From Octopus bimaculoides (taxonomy: Eukaryota), in NCBI RefSeq assembly GCF_001194135.2, contig NC_068988.1, positions 45,373,452 through 45,437,302 of the forward strand: a stretch of 63,851 bases of DNA, written 5' to 3'. Positions 25,420-37,946 of the stretch are shown piece by piece; within the stretch, counting starts at the first letter, position 1, and the number at the start of each line of letters is the position of its first letter. The notes beneath the pieces are model-generated. The model searched no databases. It was not told the origin of the DNA and saw only the letters and a program-made list of their open reading frames with translations. Both the position numbers and the translations under genes were made by a program.

Positions 25420-25699
25420 AACAATGCCAATACACATAGATAGAGAAATTAAGGCCAATAGGCCAGATATAGTTGTCAGAGATCACGAAGAAAAAAAATG
25501 CTTTCTAATTGATGTATCAATACCAACAGATGACAACATTTCTCTAAAAGAAATGAAGAAACTTTCAAAATACAAAGACCTGGAAATAGAGGTAACTCGA
25601 ATGTGGAGTCTAAAAACAGAAACAATTCCTATCATAGTAGGCACATTAGGTATGATAAAAAAAATATTCAGACAAATACATAACAAAAACACCAGGACT

Positions 25700-25795
<96 letters not shown>

Positions 25796-25965
25796 ACATA
25801 CAGAAAATAGGACTACTAGGCACTGCACACATCCTATGTAAAACACTTTCAATACAGTAACCATAAGAGCATCACAGCAAACCACAGCACATACCCAAGG
25901 CACACAAAGCTGCGTTTGGTAGTTCAGTGAAAGCTCGTTATAAAAATAAGACTACTGAATAATAA
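25420..25965 (+). mobile_element. R4/Dong-like non-LTR retrotransposon 3' fragment (restriction-like endonuclease)
   Basis: Peptide IKANRPDIVVRDHEEKKCFLIDVSIP...EKLSKYKDL-like...IPIIVGTLG shows the RLE R/K-PD...(D)...K pattern; interrupted by (AC)n; flanked by (AAT)n. Confidence 0.85.
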
Positions 25966-26039
25966 CAATGATGATGATAATGAAAATAATAATGATAATA
26001 ATAATAATAATGATGATGATAATGATGATGATGATGATG

Positions 26040-26770
26040 ATGATTTCTTTTATTAGCCATATGAGGGAGACATTAGAAGGACAGGCTACAATTTGTGTGG
26101 AGGTTTATATAAAAGATGAGAGGAAAGAAATGGAAAGGAGAAGTATTCATAGTATACAATGTATGTAAACACATGAATGATGCACTCCTCTTGAAACAGG
26201 AAAACCTCAAACTAGAGCCAATCAATGAGACCTGTAGATCCAGGATCACCCTTACTACCAATGGTACAAGCCCTTGCTTAATTGTTGCTCTCCAGTCTAT
26301 TGATGCATGCATAGAGTAGGTCCTTTCACCCTAATTGTATCTACCACAATCATCCACCTTTTGACAAATTCACTATCTTCTACACCCTCACTTTTCTTTC
26401 CAAGTGGAGCTTAAAATACTTGATTAAGGCTTGACCAATGAGGAATGTTTCCTCAACTCTTTCAGCCTTGTACTCCTCAAAACCTCTATCACAATAAAGA
26501 TTGCGGAACATTACCTGTCTTGCCTTGTTAAAGGTGGGTAGTGAGGCAATCTTCCCAGTGGACTTGATCCATAGTTAGATCTGCCCTATACGCAACAATA
26601 GCTGTTTGACATGTCTCTGGTAGTCAGCAATGCTCACTCACTGCACAAGTGCATGCAGAATGGTTTTATCACCTTGTATGCATCTCAGATAGTCCTGCTT
26701 GGTGACACTTCTGAGCCTCTACTGCTTATTTTGAACTGGCAGTGCCTCTCAGTAGCAGGGATTTCTGGAA
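26040..26770 (-). mobile_element. decayed L1/Tx1-like LINE 3' fragment
   Basis: Minus-strand remnant YLRCIQGDKTILHALVQ resembles a C-terminal CxxC..H..C knuckle; ends in ggctaataaaagaaat. Confidence 0.55.
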
Positions 26771-26804
26771 GTTATTTATGGTAGTTGCCAGACCATTTTT
26801 CTCA

Positions 26805-27011
26805 TATTGTCATAAGGCCAGTAATTTCGAGAGGAAGGGCAATTTAATTACATTGACTCCAGTACTTGACTGGTACTGTTTTTTATCAAGCTAAAAGGAT
26901 GAAAGGCAAAGTTGACTCCAGCAGGATTTGAACTTAAAGCATAAAAAGCTGAAACAAATGGTACTAAGCATATTTTCAGATGTTCTGGTATTTATTCTAG
27001 TTTGCCACCTT
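26805..27011 (-). mobile_element. SINE-B
   Basis: aaggccagtaatttc...ctccagtacttgactggtac...aaggatgaaaggcaaagttgac. Confidence 0.8.
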
Positions 27012-27069
27012 AATGATGATAATGATAATAATAATAAAACTAGTAATAGTAAGAATGATGATAACAATA

Positions 27070-27277
27070 ATAATCCTTTCTACTATAGGCCCAAAGACTG
27101 AAATTTTTTGTGGGTGACCAGTCAATTAGATCAACCCCAGTACGCAATTGGTACTTAATTTATCAACTCCGAAAGGATGAAAGGCAAAATCGACCTCTGT
27201 GGAATTTGAACTCAGAATGTAAAGATAAGCAAAATATCAAAAACATTTTGTCCAGCATGCTAACAATTCTGCCAACA
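27070..27277 (-). mobile_element. SINE-B
   Basis: aatcctttctactatagg...gatcaaccccagtacgcaattggtac...gaaaggatgaaaggcaaaatcgacc. Confidence 0.85.
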
Positions 27278-27479
27278 TGTTGTTAGTGCTTGTGAAAGTC
27301 CTGCACATAAAGAGTACAAGCATAGACACGGCAAGGTAGCCCAAAACCTCCACTGGTTTTTATTGCTGAATGCCCCTCTGAACATCATCTGCTTTATTGG
27401 GTATCTTGGGTGTCTTTTACATGGCACCAGCACTGACAGGGCCATCAAGTAACTTCCAAGACAAAAAACACCTTCAGCT

Positions 27480-29080
27480 AGGAGTGATAGTGAGTGTGGT
27501 GGTGGCTTAGTGCCAGGTGATGAAGAATTAAAGATGTAGGAGTAGAGGGATAAATGTTCTGCTGTAGAGTAGATTCATAAATACTCCAGTTGAAAAAGAA
27601 AGAAGGTTTGTTAGAGAGTAAGATGAAGAGAGTGGGTGAGTCAGTGAGTAAAATAAAGTGAGAGAATGTAAAAATTTGGAAAATATTTCGTTTCTTCACT
27701 CAGCTTTAAAATAATTTATAGCATTGGCAGAAAAGAAGAAATTTCAGAAGAAATAACAAGAGGAAAGAGGTAGGGTAGTAAGAACTGAAGTAAGAACAAT
27801 AAGCAAAAAATGAAAAAGAAAAAAGGAAAAAAAGCTGAGCATTAGGGAAGGAATAACATGAGAAATGAGTGAAGTAAGAATCTAAGTAAGGACAGCTGAG
27901 AAAGAAAGGAGAGACGGGAATGATTGCAAAAATAACAAGAAGAAAGTGAAATGTAATAACCTAAGTGCAATAAAGAGAAGAAGAGATAGAAAGGATAGAA
28001 AGAACATATGGAAAGAGGAAAGTAAAAACCTAGTAAGGACAACAGGGCTGGAAATCGTAGAAAGAGTAACTTGTGAAGAGGAAGAGAAGAATAGTGAGAG
28101 AAAAGTGTGATATAACTTGAAAACTAATAATATATTAAGGGGAAAAGGATATAGAAAATTAAAGAAAGACAATTTGGAATGAAGGAAAGAAAGTAAGGTT
28201 GTCATAGGAAGATAGTAGGAATAACAAATGGAAAATAAAGATAAAAGGACTAATTCTAAAGAAATAAAAGAACAAAGAGTGTATGAAAGAGAGAAATAAT
28301 GGAGACAGAGGATAAAAGGAAAGAAAAACTATAAAAAGCATTGGAGTTAAAAGAAGGAATGTTATGAATTAATAAGGAAGAATATATATCTGTATGTAAC
28401 TAAAACAAAATGAAATGTAGAAAGAATTACTAAATGAAGAATGATAAAAATAAATAAATAAATGGTATAAGAAAGTATATGTAACAAAAATGAAGGATCA
28501 TGATTAAACAAGGTTAAAGAATGAAGAAAAAGCATAAATAAAACAGGAAGGAAGTATAAAGCAATGTACAACAATATAAATAATCAAGGAATGAAGATAA
28601 TGGTATAAGAAAGAAAAGGAAACAGAGTATATGTTAAAATAGTAGGAAAAATTATAGAAAGTGTTAGGGATTCAAAAGGAATGAGATAAGAAAGAACTTA
28701 CCATGAAAACAGAAGAAGCATCATTCACAAGCAAAGAAGAAATGATTAAGAAGTGAAAAAAAAAATAAGACAAAAGGCAAAGAATGGAAGAAAGGCAGGC
28801 AAGACAAAAGAAATAAGAAAAGGAAGAATATAGAATGAAAATACAATGGTAAAAGGAAAAACAATAAACAATCATAAAATAAGGGGAGTAAACACATAAA
28901 GAAAAGTATAAAATGAATTCTTTAAAAAAAAAGGATAAACATATAAAATGAAAGAAAACTGCAAAAATAAAAGAATTAAAAATTAATAAAAGACAAGTAA
29001 AAGGTATAACATAAAATAAACAAATAAACATTACAAAAAGCTGGTTGAACAAAAAGAGTAAGGACAAGAATAAGAAGAAA
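27480..29080 (+). repeat. purine-rich (A/G) low-complexity tract
   Basis: About 1.6 kb strongly A+G biased without a clear unit; yields F/L/S-rich pseudo-ORFs on the minus strand. Confidence 0.8.
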
Positions 29081-29202
29081 GCATGCATTTATGTATGTAT
29101 GTGTGCGTGTGTGTGTGCGTATATACATACAGATATTTATTAGTATATATGAGTACATACGTATATACATATATATTTATATGCAAGTGTAAGCATGTAT
29201 GC

Positions 29203-29246
<44 letters not shown>

Positions 29247-29990
29247 ATGTATATATATATATATGTGTGTGTATATATGTATGTATGTATAAATGTATAT
29301 GTAAAGAGTTACTAAAAGAGAGAAGAAAAATAACTAAATGCATGCAACAATGAAAGAAATACAATGAAGGAAATTAAAAAGGAAACAACAATAAAAGAAA
29401 CAAAAGGAAAACCTCAAAGTGTTTGTTGTGTAAACTAATGAATAATTAAAACATAATTATCTCATGTTGTTCATTGGTAAGATTAGAGCAGTGAAGTTAA
29501 TATTCTTAACGAAGGTTTGACAGCATTTGCAGACTTAATCCAATCAAACATGGAGACTTTAATAACAGTGATAGTGGTGGTGGTGGTGGTGGTGTTGATG
29601 GCGGCGGCGGCGGTGGTGGTGATGGTGGTTGTGGCAGTTGTGGAGGTGGTTATGTGTGATGTTGATTGCTTGTTCTAGATTGGAATGGCATAGGGGTATA
29701 TTAGGTGGAATGCTGGTTGATAGAAGTGAAGGAGGTGCAGGGAATGGATGTGTAGTGCTGTCTCAAATTCCTCAATTGATCATTTAGTTTTAATTTGCAT
29801 CCACACACACACACACATACACACACACGTGCACATCCACACAGATACATAGGCATATACGCACAAAACACATCCATGTATGCACGTCTGTATGTATATA
29901 TATATGCATTTATACACATGCACTGACCCACACTTCTAAGTATATATGTACAAACAAAACAGCTATACATACACACACATATGCACAAGG

Positions 29991-30030
<40 letters not shown>

Positions 30031-30194
30031 GTGAATAGATATATATGTATGTATGTGTGTGTATATATACACACGCACACATATATATATTGTTTGCTGG
30101 TGTGTGTGTATTAAAGAAAATAAATACAAATATCAAAAAATATACACACACAGGACTTATTTAAAGAAGATTTAAAACGTAAATAAAAGGACAA

Positions 30195-30410
30195 TTGCTA
30201 CCACCACCACCACCACCATCGTCGTCGTCGTCGTCGTCATCATCATCATCAATAGGAGTTTCAGTTTTCCTTATCCTTATAGAGTTGCTTTGGACAGAGT
30301 TGCAAAATAGATTAATTAAAAAAGCATGCAGATTAGGTGAGAGCACGCTGCCATCTTTACATCATCATCACCGTCACCATCACCAGTATCATCATCATCA
30401 TCACCACCAT

Positions 30411-30442
<32 letters not shown>

Positions 30443-30480
30443 GCATCAGCGTCATTGGAATCGTTGTCATTGTCTTCATC
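30195..30480. repeat. (ACC)(GTC)(ATC) and (CAT)n(CAG)n arrays
   Basis: Direct reading. Confidence 0.9.
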
Positions 30481-30727
30481 ATTCTGGGGATTAATCCATC
30501 TTGTGATTATTTACATTTCTACAATGATACACATTACTGCTATTTTACTGTTTTTAATCATCAGAAAACATGTTAAATAAATAATGAAATGTATTGTGAA
30601 ATGATGGTTGTGCTGGTATGATGGCGTGGATATCTTGGTGGCGGTGATGGTTGTGATAGAAGTGGTGATAATAATGATAAGTTATCTCATGGTGTAGTGG
30701 TGATGTTGATGATGATAATAATATTAA

Positions 30728-30942
30728 TTATCCTGTCTACTATAGGCACAAGGCCTGGAATTTCTTGAGAGAAGGCTAGTCAATCATATTGACTCCTGTA
30801 CACAACTGGTACTCAATTTATTGTCACTGAAAGGATGAAAGACTAAGTTGACCTTGGCAGAATTTGATCCCAGAAAGTAAAGACAGATGAAATGCCACTA
30901 AGCATTTTGCCTGTCATGTTAACAATTCTGCCAGCTTGCCAC
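30728..30942 (-). mobile_element. SINE-B
   Basis: ctactataggcacaaggcctgg...gaaaggatgaaagactaagttgacc...ctaagcattttgcc. Confidence 0.8.
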
Positions 30943-30944
30943 CA

Positions 30945-31430
30945 ATGGCAACTAAAGCGAGATCACAGTCATTGCCATGCCAGTGTTGCATGTCTGGCCC
31001 ATTTAAAAGTAACCTTGATGCATTGGGTGATATGATATGCTTGAGAAGACCTGTTGAGCCAAGTAAAACCAAAATCGTAGCTGTGGCCAGTGTCCCTTGA
31101 CTGGCTCCTGTGTCAGTGGAACATAAAATGCACCATCTGAATGTGATCGATGCCAGGGCCACCTGACTGGCTCCCGTGCCGGTGGCATGTTAAAAGACAC
31201 TTTCTGAGCATGATCTATGCCAGGGCTACCTGACTGGCTTCCATGCCGGTGGCACATAAAAAGCACCCACTACACTCCCAGAGTGGTTGGCATTTGGAAG
31301 GGCATCCAGCTGTAGAAAGATTGCCAGATCAGATTCGAGCCTGGTGCAGCCACTGGCTTTCCAGACCTCAGTCAAACCATCCAACCCATGCCAGCATGGA
31401 ACACGGACGTTAAACGATGATTATGATAAT
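30945..31430 (+). mobile_element. RTE-like LINE 3' region with about 65-bp tandem subunits
   Basis: Three ctgactggctc...ggtggca..taaa units, then cccactacactc...catggaaacggacgttaaacgatga. Confidence 0.65.
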
Positions 31431-31461
31431 AATGATGAATAATAATAACAACAACAGCAAT

Positions 31462-31672
31462 AATATTTGTTTCAAATTTTGGCCAGCAATTTTGGGGGAG
31501 TGGTTAAGTGAATTACATTGACTTTGGTACTCAACTGGTTCTTGTTTTATCAACCCTGAAAGGATGAATGGCAAAAATGAACCTTGACAACATGTGAATT
31601 CAGAACATAAGAATGGACGAGAAGCCATAAGCGATTTTGCCCAGTGTGCTAACTCATCTGCCACCTTGCTGC
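31462..31672 (-). mobile_element. SINE-B
   Basis: ttcaaattttggccagcaattttggggg...ccctgaaaggatgaatggcaaa. Confidence 0.75.
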
Positions 31673-31699
31673 CTTTTTAATAATAATATTAATGGTGGA

Positions 31700-31965
31700 C
31701 TCTCCTGTTCAAGATGATGTATGAGTGTTCAATTTTTGCTGAATGACCTACACAAATGTACGAATAAGCTGTACATTAGCTCACTATCTTCTTCAAATCG
31801 ATGTTGCTTGAATAGGTACACAATGTACCACAAATCAGGCATCGAAGTGATTACAGAGCAATGTGAGATGGAGTGTTTTTTGCTCAAGAATACAACATGC
31901 CACTCGGGGAATTGAAACCACGATTGCTAAATTGTGAGTGCAACACCCTAACCACTAGGCCATGC
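31700..31965 (-). mobile_element. SINE-C group (tRNA-derived)
   Basis: ttgctcaagaatacaac...aattgaaaccacgat...ccctaaccactaggccatgc is the reverse complement of a SINE-C head. Confidence 0.7.
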
Positions 31966-32184
31966 ATATTTACACAACAACAACAATAATAATGGTGATT
32001 TCATTTATTTGCCTGAAGGATGAGGAGGACAATACAAAGACAGACATAAAGTGGGGGTGGGGGTTTACACATAATGAAATGATAAAGAAAGAAAGAAAGT
32101 AATTATACAAAGAATACGCTGAAAAAGAAGGGACATATACATAGTATGCAGAAGTGGCGACCTTTGACAGAAATGAATTTACAT

Positions 32185-32500
32185 TCCTCTTCACGGGCCC
32201 CGACTTGTCGGTGCAGAGTTATCTGCAAGTGGTGAGTCAACTTGCTTGGGGGCACTGATGAAGTGGATTGAACTGAACCTTGAATATTGTGTTTATAGTA
32301 ATTGTGTTATTGAACTTATTGAACAATGTTTTCGAGGGGTTATCAGTCAGCAGGCGCCGGTACCCCGCCCAGTTTTACTTCATACTTTTGTAATCACTTT
32401 TATCTCATCAATGTCTGTGTCCGGCCTGCAGCTACTTTATGTTTGTCTGTTTGTCCTTGTTTGTCCTCTCTTTGTAAGGCCTTAATGGCCAATATTTATT
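32185..32500 (+). mobile_element. L1/Tx1-like LINE 3' end
   Basis: GC-richer island ending gtttgtctgtttgtccttgtttgtcctctctttgtaaggcc...aata; tail similar to the reverse complement of 15664-15725. Confidence 0.5.
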
Positions 32501-32506
32501 GAAATA

Positions 32507-32649
32507 AAGTAGCTTGCTTATCAATCACATGGTTCTGAGTTCAGTCCCACTGTGTGGCACCTTGGATAAGTGTCTTCTACTATAGCCTCGGGCTGACCGA
32601 AGCTTTGTGAGTGGATTTGGTAGACAGAAACTTAAAGAAGCCCGTCGTA

Positions 32650-32696
<47 letters not shown>

Positions 32697-33213
32697 CTAT
32701 ATGTTTGTGTGTCTGTGTTTGTCCCTCCAACATCGCTTGACAACCGATGCTGGTGTGTTTACGTCTCCGTAACTTAGCAGTTCGGCAAAAGAGACTGACA
32801 GAATAAGTACTAGGCTTACAAAGAATAAATCCTGGGGTCAATTTGCTCGACTAAAGGCGGTGCTCCAGCATGGCCACAGTCAAATAACTGAAACAGGTAA
32901 AAGAGTATATATCTGTCAGTAATAGGATGTTTAGCAATACCTCATGAAACTGAAAGAAGCCCATCAAATATATATATATATATGTACATATATATATATA
33001 TATGTATATGTTTGTGTGTCTGTGTTTGTTCCACCCCCACCATCACTTGACAGCCAATGTTGGTGTGTTTACGTCCCTGTAACTTAGCAGTTCGATAAAA
33101 GAGACGATAGAATAAGTACTAGGCTGATAAAGAATAAGGCCTGGGGTTGATTTATTCAACTAAAGCTAATGATCCAGCATGGCTGCAGTCAAATGACTGA
33201 AACAAATAAAAGA
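32507..33213 (+). mobile_element. composite SINE-A: copy of the 20.2-kb SINE plus 44 bp of its flank, followed by a second SINE-A 3' half
   Basis: 32906-32949 is the reverse complement of 20177-20220 (1 mismatch); SINE resumes at gaaactgaaagaagccc. Confidence 0.85.
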
Positions 33214-33814
33214 AAACAAAATCCTGAGTCTTATTCTTTTCAGGAATGGTGAATCTCAAAGCAAATAAATCTATAAGGAATAGCATGTAAATTTTGAGTA
33301 AAAAATCTTTTGGATAGGTAAAGTAGACAGGACAGGTAACATGGATCTCTTGGACCTATGTCTCCAATCGTGATGTCTTTGGTAATGTCTATGAACTGAC
33401 TGAGCTGAAATATACTAATGAGGTGTAGCATTAAAAAGCAAAAGAATACTGAGAGAGGGTTTTTCTTTCCTTCTTTTATTTTGAGGAAATCATAAATGAA
33501 TGATATCTATTAACAACACACAAAGAATAGTCTTGTAAGTAGGTAGTATTAGCCAGTGGTTTGAAACCAAAAATATTACTGGTATTGAGGTGACAGTGCA
33601 AGTAATACAATACATTTAATTTCAGATTTCTGATCTGAAACCTACCCTCAAGAATGATAATTCTATGTTGTTTACAATTATAATTAACTTTTCCTCTCAT
33701 GTGCAGAAAAAAAAACAAAGCTTGTGACACTCAGTGAAAATGGAAGCTATCAATTCATGGTAATCATGGTACACAATTCAATGAAGTCAGAAAATTCAAA
33801 TACTGTGAGTCCTA

Positions 33815-34020
33815 TATTGGTTTCAAATTTTGACACAAAGCTAGCAATTTTGGAGGAGGTACAATTCAATTATATTGACCCAAAGTACTTATTTTATTAA
33901 CCTCAAAAAGATGAAAGACAGAGTTGACCTTGGTAGAATTTGAACTCGGGATATAGAGATGGATGAAATACTGCTAAGCATTTTGCCTGGCATGCTAAAG
34001 ATTCTGCCAGCTTGCTGACT
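33815..34020 (-). mobile_element. SINE-B
   Basis: ttcaaattttgacacaaagctagcaattttgg...aaagatgaaagacagagttgaccttgg. Confidence 0.75.
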
Positions 34021-34459
34021 TGAACCTTGGGTCCTATATTGCTGACAGTAAGAAAGAAAGACTTCCCAACACGCAAATCTGAAACACCTATAACAAGCTT
34101 CAAAACATCTAGCAATCATCTTGCAATCAAATTTTCAAGTCAACAAAGCTGGTTTTTATCAAGACATGTATAGAGCATTATTCTCTAAGGAGCTGCAACC
34201 TGGGAGCTTTCAGATTGCCTGGTGCACAGGCCAGGCTTTTCATGGGACTCAATCTTCATATGGCTTCGACATGAGACAACAAAAGAGATAGATATATGAA
34301 CACTTTCCACTTAATTTTGTTGCTCATTGCAGAGAAATTTTATCGACCGTTGAAACTGGGTTCAATAACAGGCTATATTAGATGTTATATTTTAGAGAAT
34401 TGCATGTGCTAATAGAAGATAGAGACTGCTCAATTACATAGATATTATTAGCAGAGACA

Positions 34460-34875
34460 TAAGGCGGCTAGCTGGTAGAATCGTTAGCATGCTGGGCAAA
34501 ATGCTTATGGTATTTCGTCTGCCGTAACATTCTGAGTTCAAATTCTGCCGAGGTCGACCTTGCCTTTCATCCTTTTGAGGTCGATAAATTAAGTACCAGT
34601 TGTATACAGGAGTTGATCTAATCGACTGGCTACCTTCCCACAAAAATTTTGGGCCTTGTGCCTAGAGCAAAAAAGAATTGTTAGCATGCAGGGCAAAATG
34701 TTAGCAGCATTTTGTCCATCTTTACACGCTGAGTTCAAATTCTGTGCAGGTTGACTTTGCTTGCCCTCCTTTCGGAGTCAATAAAATAAGTATAAGTAAC
34801 ATTTGAGTACTGGGGTCAATGTAATCAATTTATACACTTGCCGAGATTGCTAGCCTTGTGCCAAAATTTGAATCG
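34460..34875 (+). mobile_element. two tandem SINE-B copies
   Basis: aaggcggctagctggtagaatcgttagcatgctgggc...gccttgtgcctagagc (to 34678), then a second head gttagcatgcagggc. Confidence 0.85.
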
Positions 34876-35263
34876 TTATTAGCAGATACACAAAATATGC
34901 AATTGAAAAACCTACCAAAGATAATTGTGTGTGCAACATTGGGTAACATACCTTGGCAGTGATGTGGTTTTATTTTTTTTGCTAGTTTTCCAAAGATGAA
35001 TGTTATATAATTAGGATATGGAAATTCAAACAACTCCTCTTAAATTGACCATAAATAATTTTACTCAAGGATTCACATTCATTGAGGAAGGGCTGTAAAT
35101 TTTTGCTGATAATAGTCTTAGTCATGAGAGTAACATAGAACTTATAAGAGGAGTTCACAACGATCTCAGTTGCTATACTGAGCTGTATGAGACAATGATG
35201 CATTGTAAACATTAAACAATTTTGGACAAGACCGTCACTCCACAGTTTAATGATCATGAACTA

Positions 35264-36181
35264 TATAAGATGGGTATCAAAAAGTTCCTGGACTAGTTCT
35301 CTAGCCCACGAACAGATGGCATTCCATGGCTGAGTGCATAGTGAGATCTAGCAGAGACGTTCATGGAGCAGTGTGTTGAGTGACATCACTGTGTTTACTT
35401 TGCAAGTTGTAAAATTTGTGTCTTTGTGATCACATTTATGCAGTAGTCTGTGATTTTCTCATGAACAAGAACAAAGAACCAACCTGAAATTTTGTGTTAA
35501 ACTTGGGAAGTCTACTACAAGGACAGTGAGCAAGCTTGGCAAGTTTATGGCAATGAGGCAACAGGTCACACACAATGTTCTGAGTGGCACAATCACTTCA
35601 AAAGTGGAAGAATATCCTGGAAAGAAAATGTGTGATGTGGAAGACCTGCGATGAGTGTCAGCCCTGGAATATGGCATTGTGCATTGAGAATTTGTTCTCC
35701 AGAGCCAGACTGTCATCAAGAGTTCTACTGCAACGTTTTGAAGTATCTGAAGGAGGACATTTGGCCAAAACAACCAGATCTGTGGAATACAAAGAACTGG
35801 ATTCTTCACAATGACAATGCACCCTGTCACTGAGCCCTCCTCACTCGTGAATTTCTCACTGAAACCAACATGCTATCACTTCTGCACTGACCCTGTTCAT
35901 CAGATTTAGCACCTATCAACTTCCATCTCTCCCAAAAGATGAAAATGTAGTTCAAAGGTCACTATTTTAACAATGTTGTCAACATCTAGAGCAAATTGCA
36001 GAAGGCCCTCGACTCACAGAAAATTACTTTCAAACCAGATTCCAAAATTGGCAAGAATGCTGGAACCAGTGTATTGCTGAGCAAGGTTATTATTTCAAAG
36101 GAATTGATGTTAAAACTTAGGTAAATAACTTATTTTTCACTAAACATAACTAGTTCTGGAACTTTTTAATACCATCCTGTA
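35264..36181 (+). mobile_element. internally deleted mariner transposon
   Basis: TIRs gatgggtatcaaaaagttcctggactagtt / aactagttctggaactttttaataccatc; remnants LKFCVKLGKS (HTH region), WILHNDNAPCH and SSDLAP (mariner catalytic motifs); stops. Confidence 0.9.
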
Positions 36182-36536
36182 TGAGAGGAAATAATTTCTT
36201 TTATTCTTCCAACAATTCACATTCCAGCAACACCACATCTCACACTGTCAACAAACTTGGTAATAAGAACATATCCTATTACAATACTATGATTCTTACT
36301 TATTCTGTAATGTTTTTAAGCATACATATTGTAGTGTATATGTTTAGAACTTGTTATTTTCGTGCATAGAAGTGGTTATGTTGTTCGTTTTTGCTGAGGT
36401 TTTGGAAAAATCCGTCAGAACATATTATCACTTTATAACATGAAAATTAATGGGAAATTTTATTTTTGCATTACAGCAAGTTTATCGGGAACACATTACT
36501 CCCATAATGTAGGGGACTCCTGTACATACATACATG

Positions 36537-36568
<32 letters not shown>

Positions 36569-36877
36569 CATACATACATACATACATATTAGTAACATGG
36601 CAATATATTCATACATATACGTATATATTATGAATGCATAAGCTCATACTCATGTTTAAATTCATGAATAACCAGATATTAAATAACATATTAATTCGCA
36701 TACACATAAACACATAAGCATAACTTATATACTAACATTAATAGTGACCTGCATACAACTGAACATTCACACAAACATGCACATAGAAATTCATAATACA
36801 AATTTGTGCACAAACCCTAAGTACATACACTATATATATGGTGTATGCATATACATACATACATACAGAGATATATA

Positions 36878-36965
<88 letters not shown>

Positions 36966-37604
36966 TGTATGTATGTATAAATATATATACACACATACAC
37001 ACACATACATATAGAGATGTGTAACTATTGCTGCATGCATGATACAGTCTATTTTAATTGTCATTACGTAGCTGCCTGGGAAAAACAATAAATGCATGTG
37101 AAATATTAAAGAAAATGGTGATGTACGAGAATGAGATATGCATGTATATGGACATAATTACACATTGCTGAACTCATTTGTAATAGGAGATATTCCTATG
37201 CACCTATAATCTTTCATGATTTTACCATTTTCCAATTTCACGAAAGCTATCTCATCATAGAGGCCCCACTAATAATGATATAATTTCCAGATATTTACTA
37301 AATATTGACCAGAGATTTTTATCTCATTAAACAGCATGCATTGAGGCTATTGACCACATTAAACCATGTGCAATCTAGCTTTCTAAATTTGATATTTAAC
37401 TAAGATGTGACTGTGTTGCATGGAGTCTTGGCTAAAGAGTCCATAGTTCATGTCCTCCAGTTGCTTTTCTCTTCATGATGTTCAAAGCCAATGCACTAAA
37501 CTTACTATAGATTGGTTAACTTAACTACAAATTGTTGTTGTTTAGTTCCAGACCTGCCCGATCAAAGGAGTTTAGCTGTATTCATCCAATCTTTTTCTTA
37601 TTCT

Positions 37605-37815
37605 TTTACTCTTCTTTCAATCATTTTACTGTGGCCATGCTGGAGCATCACTTCGAAGGGTTTTTAGTCAAACAAATTGGCCCCAGGATTTATTTTTTTA
37701 AGCCTAGTACTTACTCCGTCGGTCCCTTTTGCAGAACTGCTGAATTACGGGGGATGTAAACACACCAACACCAGTTGTCAAGCAGTGATGGGAGAGGAAC
37801 AAACAGAGACACTAA
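37605..37815 (-). mobile_element. SINE-A 3' half
   Basis: ggccatgctggagcatc...ccccaggatt...aagcctagtacttactc...gtaaacacaccaacacc. Confidence 0.8.
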
Positions 37816-37890
37816 GACACACGCATAGATATATATATTTACATAAATACATCATACACATATCATACATACATACACACATACATACAT

Positions 37891-37943
<53 letters not shown>

Positions 37944-37946
<3 letters not shown>

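Noticed and set aside
27842-29088. F/L/S-rich 'transmembrane-like' ORFs on the minus strand (also 17337-18035)
   Set aside because: A by-product of the polypurine/polypyrimidine tract.
30195-30576. Poly-P/S/H/Q ORF resembling a transcription-factor low-complexity region
   Set aside because: Compound trinucleotide repeat; no splice signals or domain, and open in several frames simply because the repeats lack stops.
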